Source: Paraphysomonas bandaiensis
Lineage: Eukaryota; Protista; Chrysophyceae
NCBI GenBank assembly: GCA_965644295.1
Contig: CBFFRP010000566.1
Span: forward strand, 1-54,312
Direction of reading: 5' to 3'
DNA length: 54,312 nt
Shown here piece by piece: positions 1-10,177 of the stretch. Each line of letters opens with the position of its first letter. The first letter of the stretch is position 1. A program made the position numbers and the translations under genes. The notes under the pieces were generated by a model. The model ran no database searches. It was given only the letters and a program-made list of their open reading frames with translations, and was not told where the DNA came from.

Positions 1-2
1 TC

Positions 3-3000
3 TTCCTCCAAGGGGAGATCACGGACATCCCGCAGCACCTTAAACGCCGGTGCCTTCGAGATCGGAGGAGGAGGCTTCAACATCACAGTCGTGTCTGGGA
101 GGCCCACATCCAACACCACCTTCGTAAGAGAACGGCACCTGGACAAACGATTGCCCCAGCTGTGTTCAACATACTGGATCAACGACCTACCCCATGGCTG
201 ATGCGAACACGACAGCCACTAAGGCCCACCTCTGAATCCGCACACCCAGATGCAGTCGACTACTATAGAGCACACCCAGGCGGCGACACCCGATTTCAAA
301 TCCTCCGCGGATGTCAAAAACCCAATATCACCGGCGACAACTCTCAAAGAGGGGTATGGGCAGTGGAGAACATACCGACTGGCACACCACTCTTCCCCTA
401 CGTAGGGCAATACATCACTGGCACACCGTCAGCCAGCAAATACCTCCTTCAACTCCGCGAAGACGAGAAATCTATACAGGCGGAACCCGCCATGGTGGAC
501 TATGGATACGTCGCATTCCGAAAACCCAGTGACCCACTCCCCAAACGAATCCCTCGCGCATTCGGAGCCTGCTGCAATACCATCCCTGTGGAAGACCTCG
601 GCACACGCGTATACAACGCCCGTATTCGTCCCCGGGATGAAAATGACCTCTCAGACTGCATATTCATCGATGCCTGCGCAGACATCCACCCGCAGGAAGA
701 AATCCTTCTGGACTACGGTGACGGCCACCTCATCTCACGCACAAACAAGACACCAGACGAATGTCTTCGCGCCTACAGAGCGTACCTCCGCACGGCAGAG
801 GCAACTGAAACCCACCCGCAGTCGATTCGACGCTCCCCCCGTCTGCGTACCACCGCCACTGCCACTCACAATCCTCGACACCCACAAGGAAGCACCACCA
901 TGAAGGCGTCGGCAGTGACCCCCAGAAAACAGCCAAGAGCCCACACTCTTCCCAAGGCAGCATTTGTCGACGACACCACTGAACAATGGACCTTCTACTC
1001 TCCGTCTGGCCTCATTGCCATGACGCTATACCCCTCAGAGCTACAACGTCTACTTGAACTCTCCAGAGCGTCCGCCACTCGCAGCACTATCAAAACTCTA
1101 GTCGCCACCTGCCTTAAGAAAGGAGAGATATGCACCGCTAGGAAATACACGACAGCTGAGGTTAACACCACCCCTGGTAACGGTTTCTGTGGGATAGGAG
1201 CCCTAGGTCCACTCCTCCCGGAATACTCCACAATACACCCAACCCGACCCACCAAGGGACCACTGCTCAACCCCGATGACCCCACAGACAACGAATACTT
1301 ACAGGAGCTGCTCAACCACAGTCAGGCTGTGATTATATCCCTCCCAGACCAAGTAATCGAAGAGGTAGGAGACAGGGCAGTTATCGAATTCCTGCTTGAG
1401 TTAATCGACGCCTACCGCATAGCTCTCTCCGCTGACGTGCCTACAAAGACAGGTCTCCCACCTCAATACTGGGCTCAAACGGACGCCCTCATGCTCATGG
1501 CCGAAACCCACGGTATTCACATCAGGATATGGCAGGACCCAACGCTCCCCACAGAGCCGGTGTTCCTCAATCCAAATTGGGCCACATGGGCGAGCCACCA
1601 TCGTACCTTCCTTCCAGATACTGCGCGCAAGACCCCAAAGGACATTTTCTGCTGCGACCAACACTTCTTTCTCGACCTGAAGGAACCTGCAGAGGATGAA
1701 ATCCACCGTCTAATGGAACTTCTCCCACACCTCTATGCTGAAAGGCTCGCCCCCTCCCTCCCTTTAGCCCCAGCTCATATCCATGCCGCCCGAACTCAAC
1801 AGGGACCGGAATACGCGTCTGACAGCAGCGGCGACGGCCCGTACACCCGCCCGCATCCCCACAAACACCCACCGACGCAAAATCCGCTCAGGCCACGCCA
1901 GTTTGGACCCGGATACAGTAGTGACGACAGCGGCGATGGCCCGCGCAAGCGACGACCACGCAAACCCCCCAACGCGCCTCAACCACCCATAATCCCAGGA
2001 CACACTCACAAACCCGATGCCCACACCACGACACCCGCACCAGACACCACAAGGCAACCTCCCGGACGGCATCGTCACAACATGACACTTGCTGACTATT
2101 TTCCGCCCATCCCGCCACTCAAGTCTGACACCAGGAGCGCACCCGCGGATCAACCAACACCCTCGCCCACAGAACAAATCTCGATCGTCAACACTCTGGA
2201 CATTCCCCTATCCCAAGACCGGCCAACCCCACGTATGTCATCATCCCCCCCGCCACTACTACCCCAGCCGGCCCGGCGGGAAGCGACTCCGTTCACCAGT
2301 TCACTTACCAACGCCTGGACCGCGTACGACAACACACACCGAGTTGCAGTCTCTCTACGCGAAGACCTGCTACGCCACATCCACAACACCGTCATGGCAG
2401 GCACGAATGCCTGGAGCCAGCTTCTTCAAATTATACACGACGACACAAACTACATACAAGTTGCCAACTTCGACTGGGAGGCTGACTACAGAGCCACAAT
2501 AGCACGCGGCCTAGACGCCCTTGCAGCCACATACCAAATCCATACCGCTCCCTCGCCTGGACATTACCCTAACGTGCCTCTACAAACTGCTGAAGATGCA
2601 AAAGCACTGCATAGGTTCATCGCCCACTTACAACGAATTTGCCTCGCATCCGGACAGGCTCACACAAGCCGACTGCTCCGCACCCTCCAATGCGCGCACA
2701 AGGCTCTAACCACCATGCCCCCGCAGCGATGTGCACTCTCTGCAGATCAGCAAATGGAGATCACTGACGTCCAGACATTGCTCCAGCTTCTTCGTACCAA
2801 CTTCCGACTTTGGACAGAAACCTCAGGCTCATTATCTAGCGGCTGGGTAATGCTACACAACCACCACAACCACGACCCCAAGGCTGCGACCACACACAAC
2901 GTCGCTATTACCAACAAACATTACTTCCTCCTACGAATACCGGACATCGGATCCAAGCTCGACGAGGCGCACTGCAGAGCCAAATCGGCACTCTCTCACT

Positions 3001-5885
3001 TCATCCACCTCGCAGCACAGAGGACCCCACAGCCACACCCCAGAAAGGAGCATCAACCCCAAGCAGCCCTGCCAACGCCCACGCCACTAACGATACCCGC
3101 GGGCCACCTCACCCTTAGCACCACACAGCGGGGTGCCAGAGCCATAACCGCGCGCCTAGTTGGACCGGGCACACACAATTCCCCACGAACAGCCATCCAG
3201 ACAGCTGGGCGTGTGCTACGTGTACACGTAACTACCGCGTCCGTCCAGGCAGCTCACCGCATACCCGCAAACGGGTACTGCGCATACGGAACACTGTACC
3301 GACTGCACACGCTCTGCGTGGGAACGAGACACACAGCCAATCACTGGAATCTGGATCTCCAGAAACCAGAGCATCGACTACACCTAGGCCACTGGCTTGG
3401 CAACCTTAGGACCATAGCACTAGACAGCCCACACTGCACACCAACCATACTTAATAAAACAGAACATGCTATCCACTCCCTAACAGTCAAACATTCCCCC
3501 ACATACACTACTCCACAAGACATTCAACACTGGCTCTCCGTCCGCGAGCTACACATTCTCTCCTCCTACATTGGCCCAGTCACCACATGGACAGCAGACG
3601 GTGACAATATCACAATCGTCGGAATCCCCGACGCACCAATCACTCACAGCCCCGCCTGGACATCCGACGAACTGAGAGATGCCATCACCGACGATCGACC
3701 TCATATTGTTCTGCACGACGCCCACTACTACCACCTTAACCCCAGAGGGCTAGCAGCAGAGCTAGACAACGCACTCCTCGACCTCGAAGCAGCATTTCTG
3801 AGCCCACAACTACACCGACCCACCAGTCCAACAGAACTTAGCACTGGGAACACCGCCCCCCCGGCGCCCCTGCCTCCGAAACAACCCCAGCAGAGCATCA
3901 CCCACAGCACCACACCCTGGCCGCCGACACCAACAAACGGCATGACGACCAACCTCCCACGGAGGGGTCCCCACGTCTCCACACCCTTGACGTCACCCGG
4001 AGACCGCTCCCAACACCGCACATACACGACAGCGGGCACTTCCCCACCTGACGCGCCGCCACACATTCCCCACCTCCGAGATGACCCCGGAGCAAGGAGA
4101 GCCAAAGGAAAGAAAACACGGAACTCAACGCCCGTCCCCACGCGAATACAGCCAGCCCGCACAGCCCGCACCACAAGCTCCTACGCAGAAGACCCCGACG
4201 AAGTCCAAACACACGCCATATACCGCCCACGGGCTACTTTCAACACACTACTCCAAACGGCCCACCCACCCCTCCCGCTCACCTGGGACACAACGCTACG
4301 ATACAAGGTACTAGTGGGCAAGGCAGACACAGTTACCAAGGGGAACGCCCTATATGCGGGAGAGCCAATCCCTGCCCATACCATTATTTCTGAGTACACT
4401 GGACACCGCCTACCCATCACAGAAGCCAGGTCCACCGGTTACACTTCCGACTACCTTGTGCAAGACGCGAAAGGTACATTTGCGATAGACGCAAGGGATA
4501 AACGAAGCAAAACCATACTATGCGCAGCGGGGTACATCAATGATCCGTTACAGGCCAGGGCTGCTAATGTAGAATTCCACACGAAAAAAGACAAAATCTA
4601 CATCAGAACCACACGGAACATTGCGACTCACGAGGAACTACTTGTACACTACGGGTACAGATACTGGCAAGACCCCAAGTGGCCGCTTGAGATCCTACTA
4701 CAAGCGAGAGAGGCATACGCTGACGACGTTGAATTCTGCACGCAGGAGTGGCAAGACCTCATCGCCAGCAAGCAATCACATGCACAGGCGACACCCAAAC
4801 CCCCAGAGCCGAACTACAGCCTGGTGTCATGTACCTCGACCTTCATATTCTCCACATGGAACGTAAACGGTAACCCCTCCAACAACCCTGGAAAAATCGA
4901 AGCTATCCTACACTACATACGCACACACCAAATAGATTGTCTTTACCTGCTCGACGTCCGTCTGTCACAAAACCAGGCACTATACCTTGCTGACTACATC
5001 CAGGACCAGATTCCAGGGGCTCTTGTCTGCAACTTTCTCAACTCAACGCGGAAACAGGGCCCCAACGATCCGCACATGGGAGGAACTATTGCAGTGATCA
5101 GCGAAGCGTGGAAAGGAAGAGTCCGCCACACAGGATCCGACTGCACTGGATTAGGGCTCATCTCTCGAATCGAATTTCACACCGGCAGACCTAACAGAGA
5201 CGAAAGATTCACTGCCATAGGAGTGTACCTCCCCCCCAAGCCTGCGACCGATGGACCCTGCACACTGTGGGCATCACTAAAAGCCTTCGGCAAGAATGCC
5301 CACAGGAACGGCGCCACGGGACCCTATGACATCCTCACGAACATCATATCCAAATGGATCACCAAAGCCAGGGCAAACAACCACACAGTACTAGTTGGCG
5401 GAGATTTCAACGCCACCCTAGAGGGACAAACGGGTAAGAGGGACCTCAGAGGTTTCGCAAGATCCCTGCAGCTAACAGCCCCTCTCATACAAACCCTTGA
5501 CCAGGAGGCACCATACCACACCTTTTACTGGAAAGACCGCGGCATCTCCAGAATAGACCATATACTACATTCTCCCCTTCCTACACACTTTCATAACACT
5601 AGAAATGGATGCCACACATCTGATGCCATCACTGCTGCACCATTTGATCATAGACCGGTCTGGATCCAGATTGACATTAGCGGTACAGGTCCAACCCTTC
5701 CCAAGGAACGGCACCGTCAGATTCCTCCACGGCTCAACATCAACCCTACTGACCAAGACATGGTAGAAGAATTCCAGACCCACCTACACAAACACCACCA
5801 CAAATTGTCCACGTTCCCCACGCACCCCCACCCCGCTGAAAACGCAGCCATAAAACTGGCGCTCCTCCATATCGTATCACCTTAG
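3..5885 (+). CDS. LINE polyprotein N-terminal part: SET - OTU - OTU(degenerate) - OTU - SET - AP endonuclease
   Basis: Frame is open from base 3 (no stop upstream of the called GTG at 162). SET1 ~295-720 (RGVWAVENIPTGT..YVG; EEILLDYG). OTU-like PGNGFC (Cys 1188-1190)...DQHFF (His 1662). OTU-like PANGYC (Cys 3279)...DAHYY (His 3723). SET2 ~4300-4670 (GNALYAGEPIPAHTIISEYTG; AGYIND; EELLVHYGYRYW). APE ~4845-5680 (TWNVNG, GVYLPP, GGDFNA, SRIDHIL, FDHRPV). Confidence 0.85.
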   Translation, partial: FLQGEITDIPQHLKRRCLRDRRRRLQHHSRVWEAHIQHHLRKRTAPGQTIAPAVFNILDQRPTPWLMRTRQPLRPTSESAHPDAVDYYRAHPGGDTRFQILRGCQKPNITGDNSQRGVWAVENIPTGTPLFPYVGQYITGTPSASKYLLQLREDEKSIQAEPAMVDYGYVAFRKPSDPLPKRIPRAFGACCNTIPVEDLGTRVYNARIRPRDENDLSDCIFIDACADIHPQEEILLDYGDGHLISRTNKTPDECLRAYRAYLRTAEATETHPQSIRRSPRLRTTATATHNPRHPQGSTTMKASAVTPRKQPRAHTLPKAAFVDDTTEQWTFYSPSGLIAMTLYPSELQRLLELSRASATRSTIKTLVATCLKKGEICTARKYTTAEVNTTPGNGFCGIGALGPLLPEYSTIHPTRPTKGPLLNPDDPTDNEYLQELLNHSQAVIISLPDQVIEEVGDRAVIEFLLELIDAYRIALSADVPTKTGLPPQYWAQTDALMLMAETHGIHIRIWQDPTLPTEPVFLNPNWATWASHHRTFLPDTARKTPKDIFCCDQHFFLDLKEPAEDEIHRLMELLPHLYAERLAPSLPLAPAHIHAARTQQGPEYASDSSGDGPYTRPHPHKHPPTQNPLRPRQFGPGYSSDDSGDGPRKRRPRKPPNAPQPPIIPGHTHKPDAHTTTPAPDTTRQPPGRHRHNMTLADYFPPIPPLKSDTRSAPADQPTPSPTEQISIVNTLDIPLSQDRPTPRMSSSPPPLLPQPARREATPFTSSLTNAWTAYDNTHRVAVSLREDLLRHIHNTVMAGTNAWSQLLQIIHDDTNYIQVANFDWEADYRATIARGLDALAATYQIHTAPSPGHYPNVPLQTAEDAKALHRFIAHLQRICLASGQAHTSRLLRTLQCAHKALTTMPPQRCALSADQQMEITDVQTLLQLLRTNFRLWTETSGSLSSGWVMLHNHHNHDPKAATTHNVAITNKHYFLLRIPDIGSKLDEAHCRAKSALSHFIHLAAQRTPQPHPRKEHQPQAALPTPTPLTIPAGHLTLSTTQRGARAITARLVGPGTHNSPRTAIQTAGRVLRVHVTTASVQAAHRIPANGYCAYGTLYRLHTLCVGTRHTANHWNLDLQKPEHRLHLGHWLGNLRTIALDSPHCTPTILNKTEHAIHSLTVKHSPTYTTPQDIQHWLSVRELHILSSYIGPVTTWTADGDNITIVGIPDAPITHSPAWTSDELRDAITDDRPHIVLHDAHYYHLNPRGLAAELDNALLDLEAAFLSPQLHRPTSPTELSTGNTAPPAPLPPKQPQQSITHSTTPWPPTPTNGMTTNLPRRGPHVSTPLTSPGDRSQHRTYTTAGTSPPDAPPHIPHLRDDPGARRAKGKKTRNSTPVPTRIQPARTARTTSSYAEDPDEVQTHAIYRPRATFNTLLQTAHPPLPLTWDTTLRYKVLVGKADTVTKGNALYAGEPIPAHTIISEYTGHRLPITEARSTGYTSDYLVQDAKGTFAIDARDKRSKTILCAAGYINDPLQARAANVEFHTKKDKIYIRTTRNIATHEELLVHYGYRYWQDPKWPLEILLQAREAYADDVEFCTQEWQDLIASKQSHAQATPKPPEPNYSLVSCTSTFIFSTWNVNGNPSNNPGKIEAILHYIRTHQIDCLYLLDVRLSQNQALYLADYIQDQIPGALVCNFLNSTRKQGPNDPHMGGTIAVISEAWKGRVRHTGSDCTGLGLISRIEFHTGRPNRDERFTAIGVYLPPKPATDGPCTLWASLKAFGKNAHRNGATGPYDILTNIISKWITKARANNHTVLVGGDFNATLEGQTGKRDLRGFARSLQLTAPLIQTLDQEAPYHTFYWKDRGISRIDHILHSPLPTHFHNTRNGCHTSDAITAAPFDHRPVWIQIDISGTGPTLPKERHRQIPPRLNINPTDQDMVEEFQTHLHKHHHKLSTFPTHPHPAENAAIKLALLHIVSP

Positions 5886-8800
5886 AAGCGGCCCACGACA
5901 CCCGCCACGCGGACAGAACCAAGAAAAACGGCATCCATGCAAAATGCCAGCGAAAACGATCCCGGTTCAAGGATGGCTTCTCCGCCGAAATGAGAGTCCT
6001 GCAAATGGCACTCCACCTGATTGTATATCTCAAACGCAAGCTCTTTACCAGATCCGGCCACCTACACCCCCGTGTCACCGACGCATACTTATACAGCATC
6101 GTCCGGAGAGGAATCTGCAGATGGGAGCGCACCACTGCTGCACTTGACCGCTCATCAGAGGACAACGATCGACCGCCCACAGCCATCATCCGGGCCGCGA
6201 CAGACCCAAGGCAAATGCTAACATGGACCACAACTAACGTCACGGGCAAAACCTTCGACAACCTCCGTGACAGTCTCATGCGGATGCTCCAAGGGAGAGC
6301 CCGAGCTGAAATGAGGAAAAGGATGACCGCCAGAACACACGCCCTCCAAGCCCAACTCGAAACACAACAGATACGCAAGATCCTCCAATCCATCGGACTA
6401 AAGCGGAAGCAGACACCAGCGCTCACCCGTCTCACCCTGGAGGACGGAGCCACGATCACTATTCCATCGGAGATACAGGAAGCCCTGAACAAGCACTTCA
6501 CGGCACACCACGCATTCCCCAAAGGCATGGACCCCACCGCCCACAGATTACACTACGATGACAACTGGTGGCGCGAACTAACCGCCGGTGAGAACCTCCA
6601 CAACCCCCTCCACCCAAACTCCGCTATCCCGATACAACATCATTCCGGACTACGCAAACTATGCAAAACAAAGGTCGGCTCATCCACCTCAGCAAAGATA
6701 CAGGAAGCCCTCAGGCAACAAATTTCGATCCATGAGTTCCACTCCACACTTGATAATATGGCCAAGGACAAAGCACCCGGACCGTCCATGGTCACCACAA
6801 ACATGATAAAAAGTTGGACCCCACAAGTCAAAATAGAAGTACTCGGTCTCCTACAAACGCTCTGGACTCACCGCCACATCCCACACTGGTGGAAAGACAG
6901 AGTCATGACCCCATTACTCAAGAAACCGGGAAACACCTCCCTCAAAAACTTGAGACCGATCGGATTGCTCGAGGTACTCCGTAAACTGATGACACGCATA
7001 ATTACCCACCGACTCCTCCAAATTTGGGAAGACGACGATGTCCTACACCCGGCGCAACACGGTTACAGGTGGAGACACGGAACAGACACTGCCATCCTTC
7101 GTGTACTAGCGGCCACCGAGCTGGCCAAGCTCACAGGAAACGCGAAAATATGCACCTTCTGGGACTTTCAAAAAGCTTTCGACTCCATTGCACCTAACCT
7201 CCTCAAACTCGCGTGGGCGAGACTTGGGGTTCCAGAAGACACAATCAAATGGCTCAGCGAACTCGACTGCGAGGGGCGTACCTACATCTGGACACCGCAC
7301 ATGGCTGACCACATCGACCCCAAAACCCTAGAGGAACTAAGTCAATCCGACGGTTCCTTTCTCCAACACCCCGACATGGGCTTCTCCGCCAACAGAGGCG
7401 TTACACAGGGCGGAACAGAGTCCACAGTCGCATGGATCGTCATCTTCGACATGATTCTCTGCTGGTCTGACCTTAAGGACGACAGTCAGGATAAAGCGTA
7501 CGCGGACGACCTCTCCCAAATAACCAACTCCATTGCCACCGCGCAGATGAAGGCGGACAGACTCTCATCCTTCTGTGCATTCACGGGAATGCAGCTCGCC
7601 ATAGCCAAAACGGAATGCATAGCAATAGGCTCCCCCTTTGAAGTTGAGGCCATGCTAGTCACAGAGCCCACCCTAACCATTAGAGACTGGAACTGGAACC
7701 CGCACACCATCCCCATTAGAGCCACCACAGTCCCCACCAAATACCTCGGAGTTCTACTCCCGTTCTCCTCGAAGGACACCGACTCGTACGCCTGGTGTGT
7801 CGATTACGTCAACACCTCCGCAACACATCTTCGCTACAAATGTGCATCCCCAGACTGTAAACTGTTAGTGCTTAACACACAAGTACTCCCGACACTACTC
7901 TACAAAGCCACCAAAGCCTCCTGGACGTACGACAGATACCTGGACATCGACAAACTCCTTGCACGAGCAGCCAGGAAAGTCCTCCGACTACCCCCAGGAT
8001 ACCCCACAGCCCTCATCTATCTGCCCACGAAATACAAAGGACTTGGCCTGCATAAGTTCTCCACATGGGCCCAGATCCAAAAGTGGCACACACTCCAAAG
8101 GGCCATCACCCTGGGGGGGGAACCCAAGCGAGCCGCCATATCCATCTTAAAACGTCACGATCACAATCGCCCAGACATCGACCTGTACATCACTAGCCTG
8201 GTCCAATGGGGACGTCAGCTCGGGATTCGACTGCAGCCCCCATCCCCGGTCACGCCCCAATTCCGAGAAACCATCGACAAGGTCCAAACCCAACTCCAAC
8301 TGCACAACAATCATCCACACGACTTTCAAGCCATCTTCACTGATGGTTCCTTCACTCGCACAAACCTCACTCCTGCTCATCTCCTCGGCGACGCTCACGT
8401 ACAGCCCGCAACACATTATGGGGGGGCAGCAATTGTCTGGCTCCCACCCAAAACCAACTGGAGCACAGGAATAACCAAAATCCTTCGACTTACAGCCCCT
8501 GAGCATACCTTACCAGGGATAACCCCATACACCTACGAGACCCTGGCAATGTCAGCAGCCCTCACGTTCTCGAAACTCGTATCCCCCACCGTACCTATGT
8601 GCACCGACTGCCGAGCAGTCCAAACACGAACCACGGAAGCTCTCTCTCGTCGGCGGCGGGCCCTCGGCACGAAGCCCCAGGGCATCTTTTACGAATGCCT
8701 CGCCATCGGAAATCACCGACAGCGACCAATACGATGGGTCCGCTCCCATCCAGAACGCCGAACACAAGATCGGAACAACTGGTCCTACAACGACTATGGC

Positions 8801-9994
8801 ATCTACATAGCTGACGCTGCCGCCAGTGGAGAGTGGTCGGCGATCGACAAAATATTAGGCGGCACAAACTACAGCGTGGTCACGACTGAGATCACACACC
8901 TCATCGACGAATTCCTCACGGCCGGCCAATGGCAATGGAGAAGATACGACAAATTCCTCCACACCGACTGTGGACCCCTGCTAGGGGATGTCACCGAACT
9001 CCAACACCAATGGGACCTTCACCAATACATCCTCACGCGTGACGGCACGTACCCCGCAAGCACAAGCCGAGACTCGCAGTACTGGACACGCAGCGGCACC
9101 AGGCTCCCACACAAACTCCATCCCCTCAAGCCCAATAATTCGTCCAACTGCTATGTCCCATTCCACGACCGCATCCGCGAAACTGCATATGTCTGGGACA
9201 AATCATACGCGATGGGCAGAAATAGGGCCAAGGGCAAACATGGAGACGAACTCACAACAGCAGCCAAATGCACAGACTGTGACCACAACCTGGACAACAT
9301 GGCGCATATGCTCCTCCACTGTCCACACCCTGAGATCGCCCAACTACGTGAACATGCCTGCCACACACAGCAAACCCAGCTTACAAAACTCCAAGAGCAA
9401 CGACAACCCATCCCCTGGCTCCGAAACGCCCTACAAAGACTGGCGAGGGCTGCCTGGGATCCCACCACACCCCAGGTTGAAAGATACTGGACCGGACAAC
9501 TAACAGCCTCGCAACTGGCAAATGCTTTCGGACACAACATCTCCACCACGTTACACGACCACCAGTTCCATAAACTCGAGAAATCCGTCACCAAAGTCCT
9601 GCTCCCCCTCTACAATGGAGGAATAAACATGCTCAAAAACAGAGGATGTCGATTTCACAGTAACGATGCGACAACAATGACACCAACCCCGACTCATGCC
9701 AGCTCACAACCATGTCACCCAAACCCTACCACCAACCCGACGATCCTCCAGCTACTTAAAGCAACATCCACCCCCAGAGCCGTGCCCCACACGAGACCCC
9801 GCCCACAACGCAGGCCTGCCAACCCGATCCGGAGGCAGACAACACTCATCTCCGACAGAACCGCACCCACAACTAGTACTCCCAAAATCTCCGCTGATAC
9901 ACATCCACAGAATGGCACGTCACCCCCCACACCCCGACTCGCATGTGGACATGGACCACCAGACACACTACCCAAAGGACGACCACCAGACTAA
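5840..9994 (+). CDS. pol: LINE polyprotein C-terminal part: reverse transcriptase, RNase H, CCHC zinc finger (frameshifted continuation of the upstream ORF; first ATG 5990)
   Basis: RT motifs KAPGPS, RPIGLL, QHGYR, DFQKAFDSI, GVTQG, AYADDL (7499-7510), KYLGV. RNase H FTDGS...YETLA...CTDC...WVRSH...IADAAA (~8330-8825). Zinc finger CTDC-x8-H-x4-C (~9270-9320). Frame is open from 5840 and overlaps the upstream ORF. Confidence 0.92.
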   Translation, partial: KRSHKTGAPPYRITLEAAHDTRHADRTKKNGIHAKCQRKRSRFKDGFSAEMRVLQMALHLIVYLKRKLFTRSGHLHPRVTDAYLYSIVRRGICRWERTTAALDRSSEDNDRPPTAIIRAATDPRQMLTWTTTNVTGKTFDNLRDSLMRMLQGRARAEMRKRMTARTHALQAQLETQQIRKILQSIGLKRKQTPALTRLTLEDGATITIPSEIQEALNKHFTAHHAFPKGMDPTAHRLHYDDNWWRELTAGENLHNPLHPNSAIPIQHHSGLRKLCKTKVGSSTSAKIQEALRQQISIHEFHSTLDNMAKDKAPGPSMVTTNMIKSWTPQVKIEVLGLLQTLWTHRHIPHWWKDRVMTPLLKKPGNTSLKNLRPIGLLEVLRKLMTRIITHRLLQIWEDDDVLHPAQHGYRWRHGTDTAILRVLAATELAKLTGNAKICTFWDFQKAFDSIAPNLLKLAWARLGVPEDTIKWLSELDCEGRTYIWTPHMADHIDPKTLEELSQSDGSFLQHPDMGFSANRGVTQGGTESTVAWIVIFDMILCWSDLKDDSQDKAYADDLSQITNSIATAQMKADRLSSFCAFTGMQLAIAKTECIAIGSPFEVEAMLVTEPTLTIRDWNWNPHTIPIRATTVPTKYLGVLLPFSSKDTDSYAWCVDYVNTSATHLRYKCASPDCKLLVLNTQVLPTLLYKATKASWTYDRYLDIDKLLARAARKVLRLPPGYPTALIYLPTKYKGLGLHKFSTWAQIQKWHTLQRAITLGGEPKRAAISILKRHDHNRPDIDLYITSLVQWGRQLGIRLQPPSPVTPQFRETIDKVQTQLQLHNNHPHDFQAIFTDGSFTRTNLTPAHLLGDAHVQPATHYGGAAIVWLPPKTNWSTGITKILRLTAPEHTLPGITPYTYETLAMSAALTFSKLVSPTVPMCTDCRAVQTRTTEALSRRRRALGTKPQGIFYECLAIGNHRQRPIRWVRSHPERRTQDRNNWSYNDYGIYIADAAASGEWSAIDKILGGTNYSVVTTEITHLIDEFLTAGQWQWRRYDKFLHTDCGPLLGDVTELQHQWDLHQYILTRDGTYPASTSRDSQYWTRSGTRLPHKLHPLKPNNSSNCYVPFHDRIRETAYVWDKSYAMGRNRAKGKHGDELTTAAKCTDCDHNLDNMAHMLLHCPHPEIAQLREHACHTQQTQLTKLQEQRQPIPWLRNALQRLARAAWDPTTPQVERYWTGQLTASQLANAFGHNISTTLHDHQFHKLEKSVTKVLLPLYNGGINMLKNRGCRFHSNDATTMTPTPTHASSQPCHPNPTTNPTILQLLKATSTPRAVPHTRPRPQRRPANPIRRQTTLISDRTAPTTSTPKISADTHPQNGTSPPTPRLACGHGPPDTLPKGRPPD

Positions 9995-10177
9995 ACTTAA
10001 CACAAGGGATGGTTGCACCAAGGTGCTTGCAGCAATGCACAAGCAGTCCCGAGATAACTGAGCATTTCATATTTTGTGTTACAATTAGTCTAAAGTAATA
10101 GCTAGATAAATGCAACGAGTTCTCTCATGTAATAATCAGATCTATTTATACGGAAGAGTCCTCTACCGGCGGAAGCA

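Larger units (their letters stand above)
1..10110 (+). mobile_element. Non-LTR retrotransposon (APE-RT-RNase H type LINE) with SET and OTU-like accessory domains; 5' end lies outside the window
   Basis: Two overlapping long ORFs encode APE, RT, RNase H and a C-terminal CCHC finger. Composition is uniformly A/C-rich on + from 1 to ~10050, then switches to AT-rich sequence and a Copia RT/RNase H remnant. The 3' boundary is approximate. Confidence 0.9.

Noticed and set aside
162-4700. SET/OTU region as an independent host chromatin gene
   Set aside because: It is in frame with APE, intronless, and has the same strong A/C strand bias as the RT region.
5746-6537. Antisense ORFs within the LINE (e.g. 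263 aa)
   Set aside because: They mirror the sense coding frame and are expected from the biased codon usage.
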